NCBI GenBank assembly: GCA_000320545.1
Contig: ADNK01001415.1
Coordinates: 22,411-86,410 of the forward strand
Direction of reading: 5' to 3'
Source of the DNA: Bigelowiella natans CCMP2755
Lineage: Eukaryota > Protista > Cercozoa
Length of the DNA: 64,000 bases
The notes under the pieces are model-generated. The model was not told where the DNA came from. It made no database searches and worked only from the letters and a program-made list of their open reading frames with translations. Both the position numbers and the translations under genes were made by a program. How positions within the stretch are numbered: position 1 is the first letter of the stretch; each line of letters begins with the position of its first letter. Below are positions 13,062-27,199 of this stretch, one piece after another.

Positions 13062-14068
13062 ACTGAGATTTGTCGTGGTCGTTTTGAGACATCACCACCA
13101 CTGCTGACACTTTGCGGGTGGGTGGTGAATAGGTTCTCTCAGACGCGTGCTGGGCCTTCTCGTACATATCGGATGGACCCAACGAGGATATTCAGATAGT
13201 GCTTGATGTATGATCTCGTTCTGTATCATCATCATGACGATAGTGATGATGATGATGATGATGATGATAATAATGACGATAGTAATGATGGTGATGATGA
13301 TGGTGATGATGTTGATGTCGCCTTCGCATGTATTTACACACCAGCAATCTGCTGCCGGTTCGTGAGCACTACTGCTACTGCGTAGTTGCCTTCCTATTCG
13401 TCTAACCCCTTCTTCTTCTTCTTCTTCTTCCTTTATCCCTCGTTGTTGTCGTTGTTTAGTAGTAGTAGTAGTAGTAGTCGCAGTAAAATAGTGAACGCAG
13501 TTGTCGCATCGCGATGAATCTCTCTTTCAATGAATCAATAAATCAATATGATATCTATAGGCCGGAATCGCTGGCAAGCTGCTTGATTTATTGACGTTTG
13601 ACAAGGAGGTATCATCGATAACCCATGCTTTGGACCACAACCAGCAGCAGCAGCATTTGCATGTTACTGCATTAGAAAGCACCCGCACACGCACGCACGC
13701 ACAGCTACCTGCTGCCTTGATCATTCATTCAGAGCCCATCATCATCATCATCATAATCATCACCTGCACCACCACCATCACCGCCACCATACCTTTCCCT
13801 CGTCCGTAGACGAATGTGCCAGCACTCCGAACTATTGGAAATATATGCACCGGAAACGAGCGGCAAACGCAGGTGTGATTTCACCTTCCCTCCTCCCCCA
13901 TTCTCTCCCTCTCTCCCTCCCTCCCTCCCTCTCCCTTCGTTACTATCTCGATAAACTGAAGGTACCATTAAATGTAAAAACTACTACGTGAATTAGTCAA
14001 TTATTGACGCTGGGTTTCTAGTTCATCTTCCTGGGCTCCTGGGTAGTAAGAAAATAAAGCATAGTATC

Positions 14069-14099
<31 letters not shown>

Positions 14100-14277
14100 T
14101 CTAATACAGCATACCGAGGATGAAGCAGACAACGACGAGAAAGAGAAAGGGGAGAAGGAGGAGGAGGAGGAGGAGGAGGAGGAGGAGTATTAGTGTTTTG
14201 TTAGTTTTTACCTGTACTCTGTTAGAGTTCCTGTTGGTTCATAATTAAGCCGCACTTTAATTGTCGTCTCCTCTCTC

Positions 14278-14309
<32 letters not shown>

Positions 14310-16068
14310 CTCCTCCCTCGCTTGCCTCCCCCTTACATGACTGCATAAATGCCATTGCTGCATGGATGCGGTTTAAGCTGACGACCTCCTGAGGATAAGG
14401 AAAGAGGCGATGTGGACGGTAGTAGTAGCAGCAGTTGTTTGTAGTAGTGTGGTAGCAAAATGGTCGTCATCCTTGCCCTTTATCATCACCATCCATAGCT
14501 GTCTAATGCTATCCACTTGTTGCTCTTCGCTCTCCGCCCCCCCCCCCGCCCCCCCTCCCACTACTACCACAACTACTATCTCGTTCAGTTGTCTAATATC
14601 ACCGCTGGAAGCATAAACCAAATCAAGAGCGTGCTTGAGGTAGTAGTAGTAGTGGTGGTGGTGCTGCTAGAATAGGATCCTTATTACTCTACCTGTTGGG
14701 CCTTAATCTCACCTCTAGCCCAACAGCCATATCCGAATTAGAGTGGTAGTTTTGCGTATGGAGAACGAGCTTAACAGCTTCTGCCAGATAGCGGGGGTGG
14801 GGGGGGGGGGTGAGTTGTCGTCCGTTTTTTTCCTGACTCAATGCCTAGTTTGAGATCATGTTAAAAAACAATACTGCTACTACTACTACTACTACTAATA
14901 ATAATAATAATAATGATGATAATAATATGATGGTGGTGATGGCGATGATGATGACAGGAGGGAATAATGGGGACAGTGATAGATATTCTCAGAAAAGACC
15001 ATAATGATGTGCAGGTACTACTCATAAGGGAGGAGAGGGGTGGGGTTATCGTAAATGTGGAGAGTATGATGGAACGACAGCGTGTTTTTCTATGTCGGAA
15101 AATGAATATATGTACTTTTACATGCATATATAACATATTTTTGTATTTGTGTAAAAAATAAATACACACACACACACACACTCACACAGAGATATTACAT
15201 ATATATATATATATATATATATATGATATGATATACAGAAGGAAGCTGCGTATGCGATTAGCAATTTCATAAATGGTGGCGGCGAGCAGGAGGTAGTAGT
15301 AGTAGTAGTAGTAGTAGTAATAGTAGTTGTACGTGGTAGGTAAGGGACTTCTAGTAGTAGTAGTACATGATAGGTAAGGGAAGTTCTCGCCAACTTTCTT
15401 ATATGTGATGAGGATGATCATGATCATGATCATGATCATGAGGGTGGTGAGCAATAAAATAAAAACCTCATTCCAAGAAGAGTTCCCATTGCACATGTTA
15501 GCATTACAGGGCACAACTACACCATGATACTAACAACTTCTCGTCATCACTCCTTCTTATTCTTCATACTATCTCCTCCTTCCTACTACTACCTCCTCCT
15601 CTTCCTCCTCTTCCATTACTTAACAAAACTCCAGCTACTGCAGCTCGTAGAGATGGATTGCGTCCCTGCGATGTGCGCTTTGGCCAGCGGCTCACAAGAC
15701 GCCAAATGCTCTCAGGTATGACGGTGAAGCTTGGCATTTGTCAATTGTAGTAGTAGTAGTAGTAGTAGTAGTAGTACTTACTTGTAGCTGAACCCTCCTA
15801 TTCCGGGGCCATCATCCTGTATAAGAGACCTGACGAGATTAATAACGACGACCACCCGATACCATGGCTCACCAACAAAAACTCTCTAACCCATACTATT
15901 GAGAGCATGTATGTGTGCCTGCATGTATGTGGTGGTTTGCTGTCTTTCATCACTGTCAAATTCGCTCACAGCTAAGACAGCAGGGCCATGATCTTGTATT
16001 ATTAGTTTTGTTATTATTATTATCATTATTATTATTATTATCACTGCTATCGATCTTGTATTATTAGT

Positions 16069-16103
<35 letters not shown>

Positions 16104-16842
16104 CATCATTGCTATCATCAAATAGATCGATCATCGATTTTGTTATGTGAGCGTTCGTGTTTCCTGACCCTCTTGTTGCTACGAACGAGGATTCAGAAGA
16201 TGCTCGCCACCGCCGCCGCAATCATACTGTCAACTTCATCATCATAATTAGGTAATCACGGAAGGACTCAGATGGTTAGTGACAGCGCAGGATCGATATG
16301 ACGGTTTCCCTGATATTCGAATGATGGTCAGTCGAGATCATGCCCTCCTCTTTGTCGCATCTCACATGATTCAATCAATGCTACGCTGTTGCTTCATCTC
16401 TTGGTGCTCAGATCAAACAAGAAGGGGGGCTCGAGCTCTATGATGAAGTGTGTGGAGGCAGAAATGTTGGGTGGTAAGAACCGATCATTTCCTGTGAGCA
16501 AAATAGCCATTGGCACGTGTCAAGAAATCGCAACCAATTGCAAGATACGAAATTTATATTGTGAAGCCAAGAGGAGGAGGAGGAGGAGGAAGAGGAGGAG
16601 AAGGAGGAGGGCTACATGAAATGCACGTGAATATCTTTTTCGTTCAAATGCCATGGCATCTTCGAGAGTCATTACACGTGAATACTATCACTATTTTAGC
16701 ATTATAGTCATCACCAAAATCCTCGCTGTTGTCGTCCTAATTCATATCTCAGATTGACAAGGCACTGGGCTACACCTCTCCGGACGGGACAGAAAGAAGG
16801 TATCATCAGAAATATTGCTTTCATTGCAGATGGAAAAAATAG
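8656..16842 (+). CDS. Importin-alpha (karyopherin alpha), divergent, many short exons; N-terminus uncertain
   Basis: ARM exons: EVLSGITLVRKLVSA, EVNPPIQQVIDQG, LECAWALTNIASSTHEH, NAVVKSGAVPLFI, IWALGNIAGDN, LLKNAAWTLSNLCRAKPKP, DACWAFSYISDGPNEDIQ, PALRTIGNICTGNERQTQ, IRKEAMWT, SNITAGSINQI, KEAAYAISN. Start (8656 or 8780) and last exons are tentative. Confidence 0.88.
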
Positions 16843-17019
16843 GGTGATCCAATGTCAGCATTAGCCAAAACCTAGTCTCACATGTGTTCTAAGTGTAATC
16901 GTTTTGCCATCGTTGTGTCCTAAACGATGCAATTTCATTTCAGGGCGTTCGCTATCTGGTAGATCGAAGAATGACTGAACAACATCAACGGGTCCAATGG
17001 GATAATGCTGTGACCGCCT

Positions 17020-18060
17020 CCCTTGCGTGCATGCCTACATCTAGACATTGCCAATGAGCACGCCATACACAGCCTAGACATCCAGACACATCTAGACATG
17101 CGCACCTGATCCAGGCATGCATGGCGTGCATTCATGTGAAGACTTCAAATCAAGTTAGGACGATTAGATGCACACGGATTGTGTTGTTCTGTGCATGCTA
17201 GTTTTAGATGCACCGCTCAACGAATCATCGTTGCCTTGTGTCATATAGTCACACACGTCTTTCACTAGCTGTGCAGTCTTGTCATGCACTACTCTAGCAC
17301 TGACTGCCAGCGCGCGTTGGATTGTTGGTCCACATCATCGATCAGCGACAAGGATCTAATTGACGCGGTAGCGGTGCATGCATGTACATCTAGACATATC
17401 TAGATGTGGCGTCTAGCTAGCTAGCTAGATCGATGTCCGCGACATGTGCACATACGCCAACATGCTAGCATGCATGCATTCTAACGCGCGCAAGCGTGTC
17501 TTGACGTCGATCTAGACGCGCTAGGGCGTAGATGTGTTGAGATGCATCAATTGTGTAGCACACACATCAGTGTGTATGTTGCAGAACGTAATGCAAACGC
17601 CAACCACAAGACCTCATAACCTACTGCGTGATGCAATGTGCAATGTGGCAATGTGCGCTTGTAGCAATCTAGCAATGTGTGACAATGAGACACGCACGTG
17701 ATCACATATATTGCATTGCTCATCTGCACACCTGCCTAGATGCACACTACTACTAGACTAGACTAGATATGCATCGTGGTGCTCGTTGGGAATGGTGCGA
17801 TACGCACGCATGGCCCTTGACAAACCGTGCGCATCATTGTTCACACGCACATGGCACACTGCAGCATGACGACTGACACTCTGCATGCATGGCCGTCAAG
17901 GTATCCAACAGATTCAAATTGTTTTATCATCTTCATACGTTTAATTTCATGCGCACGCGTAGAATGCGTCTTGTTACAAGTCATGATTCTTTTGGGCAAG
18001 CACGCTTCAGACTTCCAGCAGCACTAGAGCAGCACATTGGGTACAATGTACATGTGGCGT
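17020..18060. other. Palindrome/RY-rich intergenic spacer S3
   Basis: acatctagacat repeated, ctagctagctagctag, catgctagcatgcatgc; directly after the importin 3' end. Confidence 0.75.
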
Positions 18061-18168
18061 CACTATGAATGAAACAAACTCAACATGAAGATGTTAATTA
18101 AGCTCTTTGTTGTCTCTTCTGCTGCTACACTGCAGCTGCCATGATGATAATATTCATTCAACCATTGT

Positions 18169-18605
18169 TTAAATTGCTCTGAGAATGGCACATGTGCGTT
18201 CATTTCGTAACAGCCGTCTCCCTTTTGTTTTCAGTAACAATGCCGTGTAACTTGGCACGAAAATCGTTATTCCCCTGTGCCCTCTTTGTCCTGGATCTTC
18301 CCTTCGATGGTCAACACCAACTCGAAGCTTTTTACAGAGAGACTGACGATGTTGCCATTTGGAATTTGACGAATCTTTCCATCGCACAAAGCGGTAATGG
18401 TCGACGGGGTGAGCAGCTAACTGATAAGACAAATCAATTTCGCCTAGGTAAGGCTCTTCTCCTGCTGCTACTTATTGCTGTGCAGATGATGGTCTAGGGT
18501 CAGGGTAGATGATGCTCTAGGACGGAATATGATCGGTGCACGTGCGAGTCGTCGACATAATCTACGAGCATCATCAGAACTTAACAATTCAACGTCAAAT
18601 ACCAT
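18169..18605 (-). CDS. Putative small unknown protein (2 exons)
   Basis: MVFDVELLSSDDARRLCRRLA can splice in phase (GT..cctag) into the 18169-18445 ORF (EIDLSYQLAAHPVDHYRFVRWK...). It occupies the expected divergent-partner slot. No homology recognised. Confidence 0.3.
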
Positions 18606-19112
18606 GTCGCTTTGTCAGATTATAGGACGTTATTCACATTTCGTCTTAATCCAAAATCCAACAGGAATAATAGTCATATCTAGAATATTCCCAGCTTATT
18701 CACAAGACGCATGCAGATAATCTCCTCTGAAAGTGAAAGAAAGATTTTTGGCGGAAGTATCAAGTGTTTTGGCCAGCCGGCAAAAAAGTAATGTCGTATA
18801 TGCCCTGCATTTTCCGGGGGATTTACGTCATTCTAAAGAAGGCGGTTGGAGGATTCGCGCCTGCGAAGGGATTTCAATTTCAAACCTTTCCCACTAAATA
18901 TTGCTCGAAATCAATTGGAATTGCCTGAATTTTCTTCTCGGCATCACACACAGCGATCTTCTCGGAGTTGCAGAACTAGCAAAGAGGCATGGGATTCTCT
19001 TCCTGCGACATAATAATGATGTTGTCACGCAGTTGCTCTTCAGATAACTTCTACGACACATCTGCGCCGTCTCCCACTCCCCCCCTGAATCTAGAGAGTA
19101 GAAGCCTTTCCT

Positions 19113-19864
19113 ATGTTTCGTCGCATTCCAAACATCACACGCCGCATGGCCCAGCGTGCTGCAAACTGGTATCATTTCAATAATGATTTCCTTCCTCTAA
19201 TTTCTGTGATAGTTCCATCTTCTTGCAAAATTGTTTTCTGGTCTCAGAAACTTAAAAACAGATTTTATTCACTCTTCTTCCCTCTGGTCAACACGACCAA
19301 AAGATTACATTTTCTAACTTATTAATTACAAATGATAATTGGAATGATTTTCTCTAAATTAACTTTGGGATACAATTGACAACGTGAATTTTGTGCTTTT
19401 AAAGGGAATACCTCTCATCCACCATTGGCAAGAATGTGGACATCGAAGCTTTTCGCACTGTAACTGAGGAGATGGAAGAAGCAATTGTTAAGGCTCCTAA
19501 ATCAGTTAAGCCAATTGATTTTAAGGCTTGGGAGGCTAAGGTTGGAAAGGAGGCAGTAGCTGTTGCTAAGGCTGGCTGGGAAAAATGGGTGAAGGAAGAG
19601 AAGAGTGCAAAGATGATTTCTTTTTCTGATGATCAAGTAAAGAGCCTGAAGTCGGAGGCTGCAGATATGATTGCTGCTGCTCAAACTATGGAAGACTGGC
19701 ATAAATTGCGACTCCGCGAGCTGGAAATCGAAATTGCTAAGTTAACTCACGAGAAGGACAACATCGATAATCTCAGCACTGCAGATCTCATGAAACGTTA
19801 TCCTCATATCGAGAAGAGGGTAGAAGAAGAGCTTGAACAGGGTGTCTGGCCAGGATCTATCTAA
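19113..19864 (+). CDS. ATP5PD: Mitochondrial ATP synthase subunit d (2 exons)
   Basis: Mitochondrial-type presequence MFRRIPNITRRMAQRAANW spliced to EYLSSTIG...; PKSVKPIDFKAW and C-terminal STADLMKRYPHIEKRVEEELEQGVW resemble subunit d. Confidence 0.78.
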
Positions 19865-20079
19865 ATCGCGTGTAGAGGCGCGCTTATGATTTGTTGTTTA
19901 CTTGAATACGCAAGAAGGCATTGCCCTGCTCATTCTTATTCTAATCATCAATCGATAGAGACGTTATGATGTAATAAAATTAGAAAGAATTTTGCATTCC
20001 AAATTCTATTCTTTCCACGAAATCATTCTGAATTATATTGATTCCATTAAGGTTACACTGCCTCACCATGTTTCGCAAG

Positions 20080-20830
20080 TAATGCGTTAGTGCGTGCGAT
20101 ATACATAATTTTGTGTGATAAGTAAAGCATACACAACTGATATTGTGGTGCGGTAAGCTATATATTTTTATCTGTATGTGAACATGTGCATGGCAGATGA
20201 TGCAGCTATCTAGCTATGCGCTAGTTTAGTAGTGCGTCTAAGACGCGCTAGCACGTTACGCTGCTGGTATACCGCAATAACACAGACACAGTAATCTAGT
20301 AATGTGTACGCATATTATTGTTATGATATTACGTTCCTCTATGATCGCAACCTAGCATCGCAAGCCTCTACTTGATGCTGCTACATGCTAATAGCGTAAC
20401 AACGATTAGAACGGCTGTGCTAGCTGTGCATGGCGTCTCTAGCGTCTGTCGCTGTATGTGACGAAAAAAACTTGAATGCATGTCTCGTCATGCTGCAAGC
20501 AATGATACATGCAAGTACATAATCAAACAATCACTGCTAGCTGTCCAGCGGTGACGATCAATGGCGCATACAGGCACCTCTATCCCGCTATGCCATGGCT
20601 ACGCTAGCTACGGCGCGAGCACGAGCGCACAGCTAGTCCTACTAGAATCTAGGAATAGCTAGCAGAGCATGGTCCAATGTGCGAAACGGGCACGTAGGTA
20701 TCGTATGTACTACATACGACGTAATGCACACCGCATTGTCATTCCGCACATGCTTGATCGTATCATAGTAACGGAATTCGCACTGCTAGCTATATGTAGC
20801 AGTTGACTGTCACAATGTACGCTCAACATC
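20080..20830. other. Palindrome/RY-rich intergenic spacer S4 (convergent junction)
   Basis: gcagctatctagctatgcgctag, gctagctacggcgcgagc etc.; between the ATP synthase d stop and the 3' end of the next minus gene. Confidence 0.75.
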
Positions 20831-21818
20831 ATGAATGGACGGATCGACGACGCCCGCCAACTATCTTCGATAAAAAAGAATCGTGACACTGTTTGCTTGC
20901 TGTTTCAGAAGGGGCTTTTTCTGGAAAAGAATCACATTCATTTGAACATACTAAAAATGATAGTACTCCAAAACGGGACAAAACCAACATTGGGAACAAG
21001 CGCAAAGTAGAAGGGAAAACGATAGGAAATAAAAATAAAAACGAGATTCTATGGCGTTCTTACATCAAGGTCCACAGAGTCCGGCATTTTCACAAACTTC
21101 TGTAACAATCCGAGTTTCGTCTCTCGAATTAGGTACTGTAATGGAAAATAAACAGGAAACGTCGTAAAACCCCAAGTCATATTAGTTGAAGGGTGAAAAA
21201 TATCACTACAAAGCAAACATCCCCCCCACTAGAAAAATGACAAGACCGTTTTGATTTTCTTCGCTCCAGAGGTGGATCGTGACCTCGACCTTGACCTTGA
21301 TCTGATTACGTGAATGAATGCAGTAGTGAGCGCAAAGTCAGTACATTCTGATCACACGAGTGGAAGTTGCTGTGGTGAGGGTGGGCTTTGACAGGGTTTT
21401 ATGCAAAGTATATATCAGAATTCAGCAAGCACCTTTGTCAGTTTCGATGGGTACGGTTGTATGAATGAAATTAGCGTGCTTTTTTTTTAAAAATCAATTA
21501 TGAGGATAATGACCTCTGTCCTGTCGGAGAGGAAGGCTTGTTTTCTTCGAGGAAGAACTTAACACAAATCATCCGCTTATGATGGTCCAATAACAGTTTC
21601 ACCTAGGAATATTATCGTGCTGAATTTTATCTTCACTAAGGGAGAAAGCAAAAAGTTAGTGATAGTTACAAATGATCGTTTACTTTGCAATCAACGGAAA
21701 ATCATCCCAAAGTAAAATATGCAGAAATATTATGTATTTGGTTGCTGCTCACCTTGGACTCTTCCTTCAAGTGTGGGACGAAAAACTGCACTCCCAATTG
21801 ATCTTCACCTTGAAAATT

Positions 21819-21864
<46 letters not shown>

Positions 21865-21929
21865 AAGTGAAGTATTTGAAGATTTAAATATTTAACATTT
21901 TTTGTCTATTATATAGACGAATGTATGGA

Positions 21930-21965
<36 letters not shown>

Positions 21966-22544
21966 GTTCGTGTGTGTAATATAGTTAGAGTAACCATTCA
22001 ATGCAAATAATTTCAAATTTGGTAGTGCAAATATTCGATATTTTCATTCTCACTTCTCACTTCAACTACTCCTTGTATTCTCACCGTAGTTGTACATGTC
22101 GGTGAGGATGTATCCTCCCCCTTCACTGCTGCTTTCCTTCTAATATGCACGCAAGAAAACGCGCACACGAATGATAAGTTTGTGCGTCGGAGAAGTTGGA
22201 AAATGGGATCTCCTCTGAGCCGACTTCAGGAGCAATATGATGAAGCAGTGTCGTACATTTGCGACATATTCGATGAATACATGATGCTTCTTCCTATGAT
22301 CCACTCAGTTGTGCCCCTCCTTGCTTTCATATTGCGTTGTTTTTTCTACATCGCTACGGCTAACATAACAGAACCCAGTTGTGTAGTGTACTTACTCACC
22401 CTCTTATGAGCTGCTGCTGATGAGGAATGATGGACGCTGTCAACCTTGAGCCCCCCATCTTAGTAAAAACCATAACCACAAAAACAGTGCAGTGTAAACT
22501 AGAGCTTCGAGCGAAACATCTCTTATGGCACAAGTGTAGTAATA

Positions 22545-22590
<46 letters not shown>

Positions 22591-22905
22591 CCTGTCCCCC
22601 CCTCCCCAATATCCATCCTCTCTCACCTGCTGGTGAGTCTTGATGGCCTAATTTTCTTCGTAAGGTTCTCCTTGTCTAAACAGACGGCAACACAGTATGA
22701 TGGGCGACTAAGCAGATGTCGTGATCTCGTGAAAGGATCGTTGTCATTGTTTGCACAAACGGACACTGTATTCCTCCAAATCTTTTATCTTAGCGGTGAA
22801 TTTTACCTCTGTAGCAAGATTCGAGAGCTTTACTGTCATCTGCCCAAATTTCTTCCACCCGACCGTCTTCACCTAACACGTTCACGTACACGCAACAAAC
22901 TCTTG

Positions 22906-22949
<44 letters not shown>

Positions 22950-22973
22950 TATATTATTTATATTATCTACTAC

Positions 22974-23040
<67 letters not shown>

Positions 23041-23542
23041 CGTGCTGGGCAATGAGAAAAAAAGAAACATACATACAAAGCGTCTGCAACAATAACAACA
23101 ACAACAACTACTGCTACTACTCCTACTCCTACCTGGTTTCCAAAAATGAGGTTTCTAGCAATTCTTCCTAAGGTGTGCGTTTTGCTTTTTTGCTGCAGCG
23201 CCAAGATCTGTTGTAAGGATACCATGGCAACAAGAAATAAGAACAAGTCAACTAAAAACCAGAATCCGAGCTTCCTTCGCGAATATCCGACAAAGTTTTA
23301 TGTGAAGTAGTATGTATGTGACTGCTGTTGTTGTTATTGTTGTTTTAAAATAACGCACATTGTCAAGGATGCTATTGAGGTTCTCAATGAGCTGCTTCTT
23401 GGTCTTTTTAACATCTCTATCCTTCTTTTCAATCAGCTTTGTAATGGCCTTGGACTAGTTACGAGATGGTTATTTAGAGTGGGGGTGGGTGGGTTCATCG
23501 GGTATCTTACTTACCACATTGATTCCAATACAAAGACTACGT

Positions 23543-23580
<38 letters not shown>

Positions 23581-24299
23581 CACATGCACATGCACATGCA
23601 CATGCACATACGCAGTCGCACCTCTTTCTCAAGGTCCGACATTGCTTGTTGGTAGCTCTCTCCCCGTGCCGTTGTATCCTTCTGCAGCAGTAATTACAGA
23701 GTTATTGATAGATAGAGATTTACATTGAAGTAGTGTCTTCCATGGCCTTAGCAATACTGTGAAGTAAGCTCGGGCTCTTCCCAGCCCTGTCGTCATTGAT
23801 CGTCGTCGATAGGCTAATGATGGTGATGATTGTTTTTATTTTCATCATTACCCCCGAGGTCGCCAGGTTTGCTAGGGAGTTTATCCGCTTAAAGAACATC
23901 AGCAACTGCGAGTAGAACTTTGCGTGGGATTCGAAGCTACGAGCGCCGTCGTCGCCGCCCCCGCCCCACGATGATTCGGCCATTCAGAAGGTGCAGATGG
24001 TGGTGGCATGGGGTAATATAAATAACAGCATGAGTAAGGAGGCATAAGACGCTGCTGTACCCATGTATCATATCATGTAAGAAGAAGCAGATGCAGGACG
24101 GTACACACCAACAACTACTACTTCTCTGGAAAAGACATCTGGTGAGAGGGGAAGATGGATGGATAATGCAGGCAGCACACAGCTTGATTGCGTACTAGTC
24201 GATAATTCTCTTCTCATGTTTCGCGTGTTTCCGTTCACCAGAGACCCTCTAGATGCACAAATACAACAGCAATGGATGTGGATGCGTAACGACCCGTCG

Positions 24300-24331
<32 letters not shown>

Positions 24332-25556
24332 GTCGTTATTGATATCCTTATCATCACCATCAATCACTCGTACCCATGATCAAACGCTGAATGACGAGGT
24401 AGGAATATCATCATTATCAGCATCATCACCATCATCATCATCATCATCATCGTACGTTGCCCATGCTGTGCACTTTCAGGTCTCTATTCAACAACTGGAC
24501 CACCTACACGCACGTGTATTAGAGGAGAGAAGAGGGAAAGTCGGAGAGGGAGAGGGAGAGAAAGAGAGAGAAGGAGGCTTAGTGCAATCACTATCAGCAA
24601 AGTGTCATTATCCATCACTGAGGAGGAGGAGGAGGAGGAGGAGGAGGAGGAGGAGGAGGGGGGGAAAGGAGCAAAATGCGACTACTTGCTCAACTATCGG
24701 CACGTCGGCGCATCCATCCGCATTCACATGAACTCCAGGAAAGCTCCTATCGCATGCAAATACCCACATGAAGGACCACATTCTCTCCTTTTCTATCTCG
24801 CCATTTTAGCTAGTTTCCAATCCGAGGCCAAGAGGGCGTTGCCATCAATAATTCCTCTCTCGAAGCGGTAACACACACAGCTGCACGGACCTCGTGGCGA
24901 GCTTCTCAGCCTTGCTTATGACCCGACAAGGTCGGTAGAAGAAGAAATCATCGTACACTGTGAATGCCTGTCAGGTTTGCGACAATAACAACAACAACAA
25001 CAACAAATTAGAAGAGTGGGAGAAGAACTGGCAGTAGTGCTAGGTGTGAGAGCCAAAGGAGCGGCAGCAGCACAAAGAGAATCGATCCCACCGCCACTGC
25101 AACATCAGTGCTCTAAATTGTGATGAAACACCTCGTTGAGATTTGTCCAGCATGGCTCGATGAGATCCCTTCGGAATGGCTTGATGCTGTTACCGATCTG
25201 AACGACAATCATTTCTACAATCTTGGTCTAAAAATAATTAACACTGGTAAATCACACTGCCTTACTTCCTAACCTAGCCCCCCCCCCTCTCTCTGAATCA
25301 CACCTTTTTGAGAAAGCTTATTAGCAAGACGGACGCCACCATTCGGACCTCTACCCCCCACCTGTTTGTCATCATGTACTAATATGATCTAATATAGCAT
25401 GCCTCTCTTCCGCCAATGGACACACGCTCTTAAAAGTATACAACATTCGACTCATACGATATACATCTACATTTGAATGTCACGATGTAGATATTAAACA
25501 GTTGCACACACAACACACACACACAAACTCACACACACAAACTCACACACATTATA

Positions 25557-25599
<43 letters not shown>

Positions 25600-26186
25600 G
25601 TGTGCGCGCACGCGTATCTCACTATCATCCCACTACCCGCACTTATGCGCCAGCGCCTCGAGAGTGTCGTTCAGCAGCTGACACATCCCTCCTGGAGTAG
25701 CACGGGTAGTACAATGTTCAAAAGTAAAAGTATGATTGCAAACGAAATCCTGTGCGTATCAGCCTTCCCACGCACCCCCTCTTCCACCCCCTCGTTACCT
25801 TTCTCTGTGTTATCGATGAGAACATGATAGAACAACACCTCGAACATGTTAATCGTGATGGCGAAGAGATTCCTAGATACCAACATCAAGTGTGGTGAGA
25901 TGATACCCAACGCTGCCTCCACAATGATTCGGTTCAACAGGACATCCACAGCTAGGCGAGCGCATCGCAATACCTCTCCTCATCTTGACTCATACGAGAC
26001 TCTGTATTCCCAGGCCGGAGAAGACATGGAATGAACCTGCCGCATGAGGGATGGTGAGTATTGTTGGAGCCATACAGATATCCACACACACACACACACA
26101 CACACACACAAGGCAAAAAGGAAGAAAATATTTCGCCGAGAGAGCGAGCACGCACGCACGTGTGTTTATATTTATGAGTTTATTGA

Positions 26187-26235
<49 letters not shown>

Positions 26236-27110
26236 GTACCAACTCTGCCACTTCTTGCTGGCTAAGAATGCCCTCTTCACATCACGCTTCACGAGGAGGT
26301 CCATCATGAGGAAGTTCTCCAGTATATACTGCCACTTAGATCTCTCATGTGTATACATTGCCTGCAGACACATCAGCCAGATATATACTGTTAGTTCTGC
26401 AAGTACTTTGTCTGACTTAGAGATGAGTCCAAACCGAAAAGAAGTGCTGAATGACATCGTCGATCTGTTTCTGTGATTTACTCTCCTTTATCATGCTGTA
26501 CAACTTAAACTTTGAGAAGTAAGCCTCCTATCAAAAGGGTCCGATTAATAAACTGTGAACAAATTGTCCATCTTAACATATTAGAGTGAAATGACGAAAG
26601 ATAATGCCGTAAAAGTGAACTTACTTCCTTGTCGGTGAGGGGAGAATCAAAAATACCCTTTTTTTTTGGCGGGGGCAGGGGCACGGCCCTTTGCCTTACG
26701 TCTCCTAATGCGTGTATTCCATTCTCTCAGCTTAAAAGCTTCCCTTGACCAAGAATGATTGCCTCTGTAAAATTTTCCGGAGTGTTCACATACCCGTTAT
26801 GTCCATTTGAAAGAGTACGTGGTTGTTGCAAGCTCACAAGCGGATCGAGACAGCTTCGGAACCTTCATTCGGAAGAATCACAAAGAAGCAACTAAACCCC
26901 TTCATACGTGACGGAGAAGAAAAGGGGCGTGCTGTCGAAGGTAGCACTCAAACTGCCGCCGCCGCCCCCCCCTCCACCATCGCCCAATTGTCACTGATGA
27001 AGCAGACTACCTTGTTGCACGATGAACAATGGATATTATCCCAGGTAGGTTTGCTACTAACCGGTACTACCCGGTATTCCGGGGAACGATGGAGGAGGGG
27101 CAGCATCGCC
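20830..27110 (-). CDS. Large multi-exon protein with a neurobeachin/LRBA-like alpha-solenoid segment; no BEACH/WD40 seen; ends approximate
   Basis: Exons DVKRAFLASKKWQSW|FIPCLL and NLFAITINMFEVLFYHVLIDNTEKG|GMCQLLNDTLEAL resemble the NBEA/LRBA ARM region from memory. GIFDSPLTDKEMDNLF resembles a ConA/LamG end. Many microsatellite introns. Confidence 0.5.
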
Positions 27111-27199
27111 AACAAAGCAATTGCAACAAAGCATTGTGCGTCTCAACATGCACGTTGCTGGTTTTCACACCAGTGAGATTGATCCTCGTTGTTCTCAGC

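Noticed and set aside
9958-16707. Numerous low-complexity ORFs (poly-I, poly-S, HT/CV/ER/IY repeats) in the ORF track
   Set aside because: They are translations of intronic microsatellites.
26994-27080. CTGATGA followed by a hairpin (agcagactacc...ggtaggtttgct), suggesting a hammerhead ribozyme or snoRNA
   Set aside because: No GAAA core after the stem and no convincing D box; the opposite strand reads as plausible coding sequence (PTWDNIHCSSCNK).
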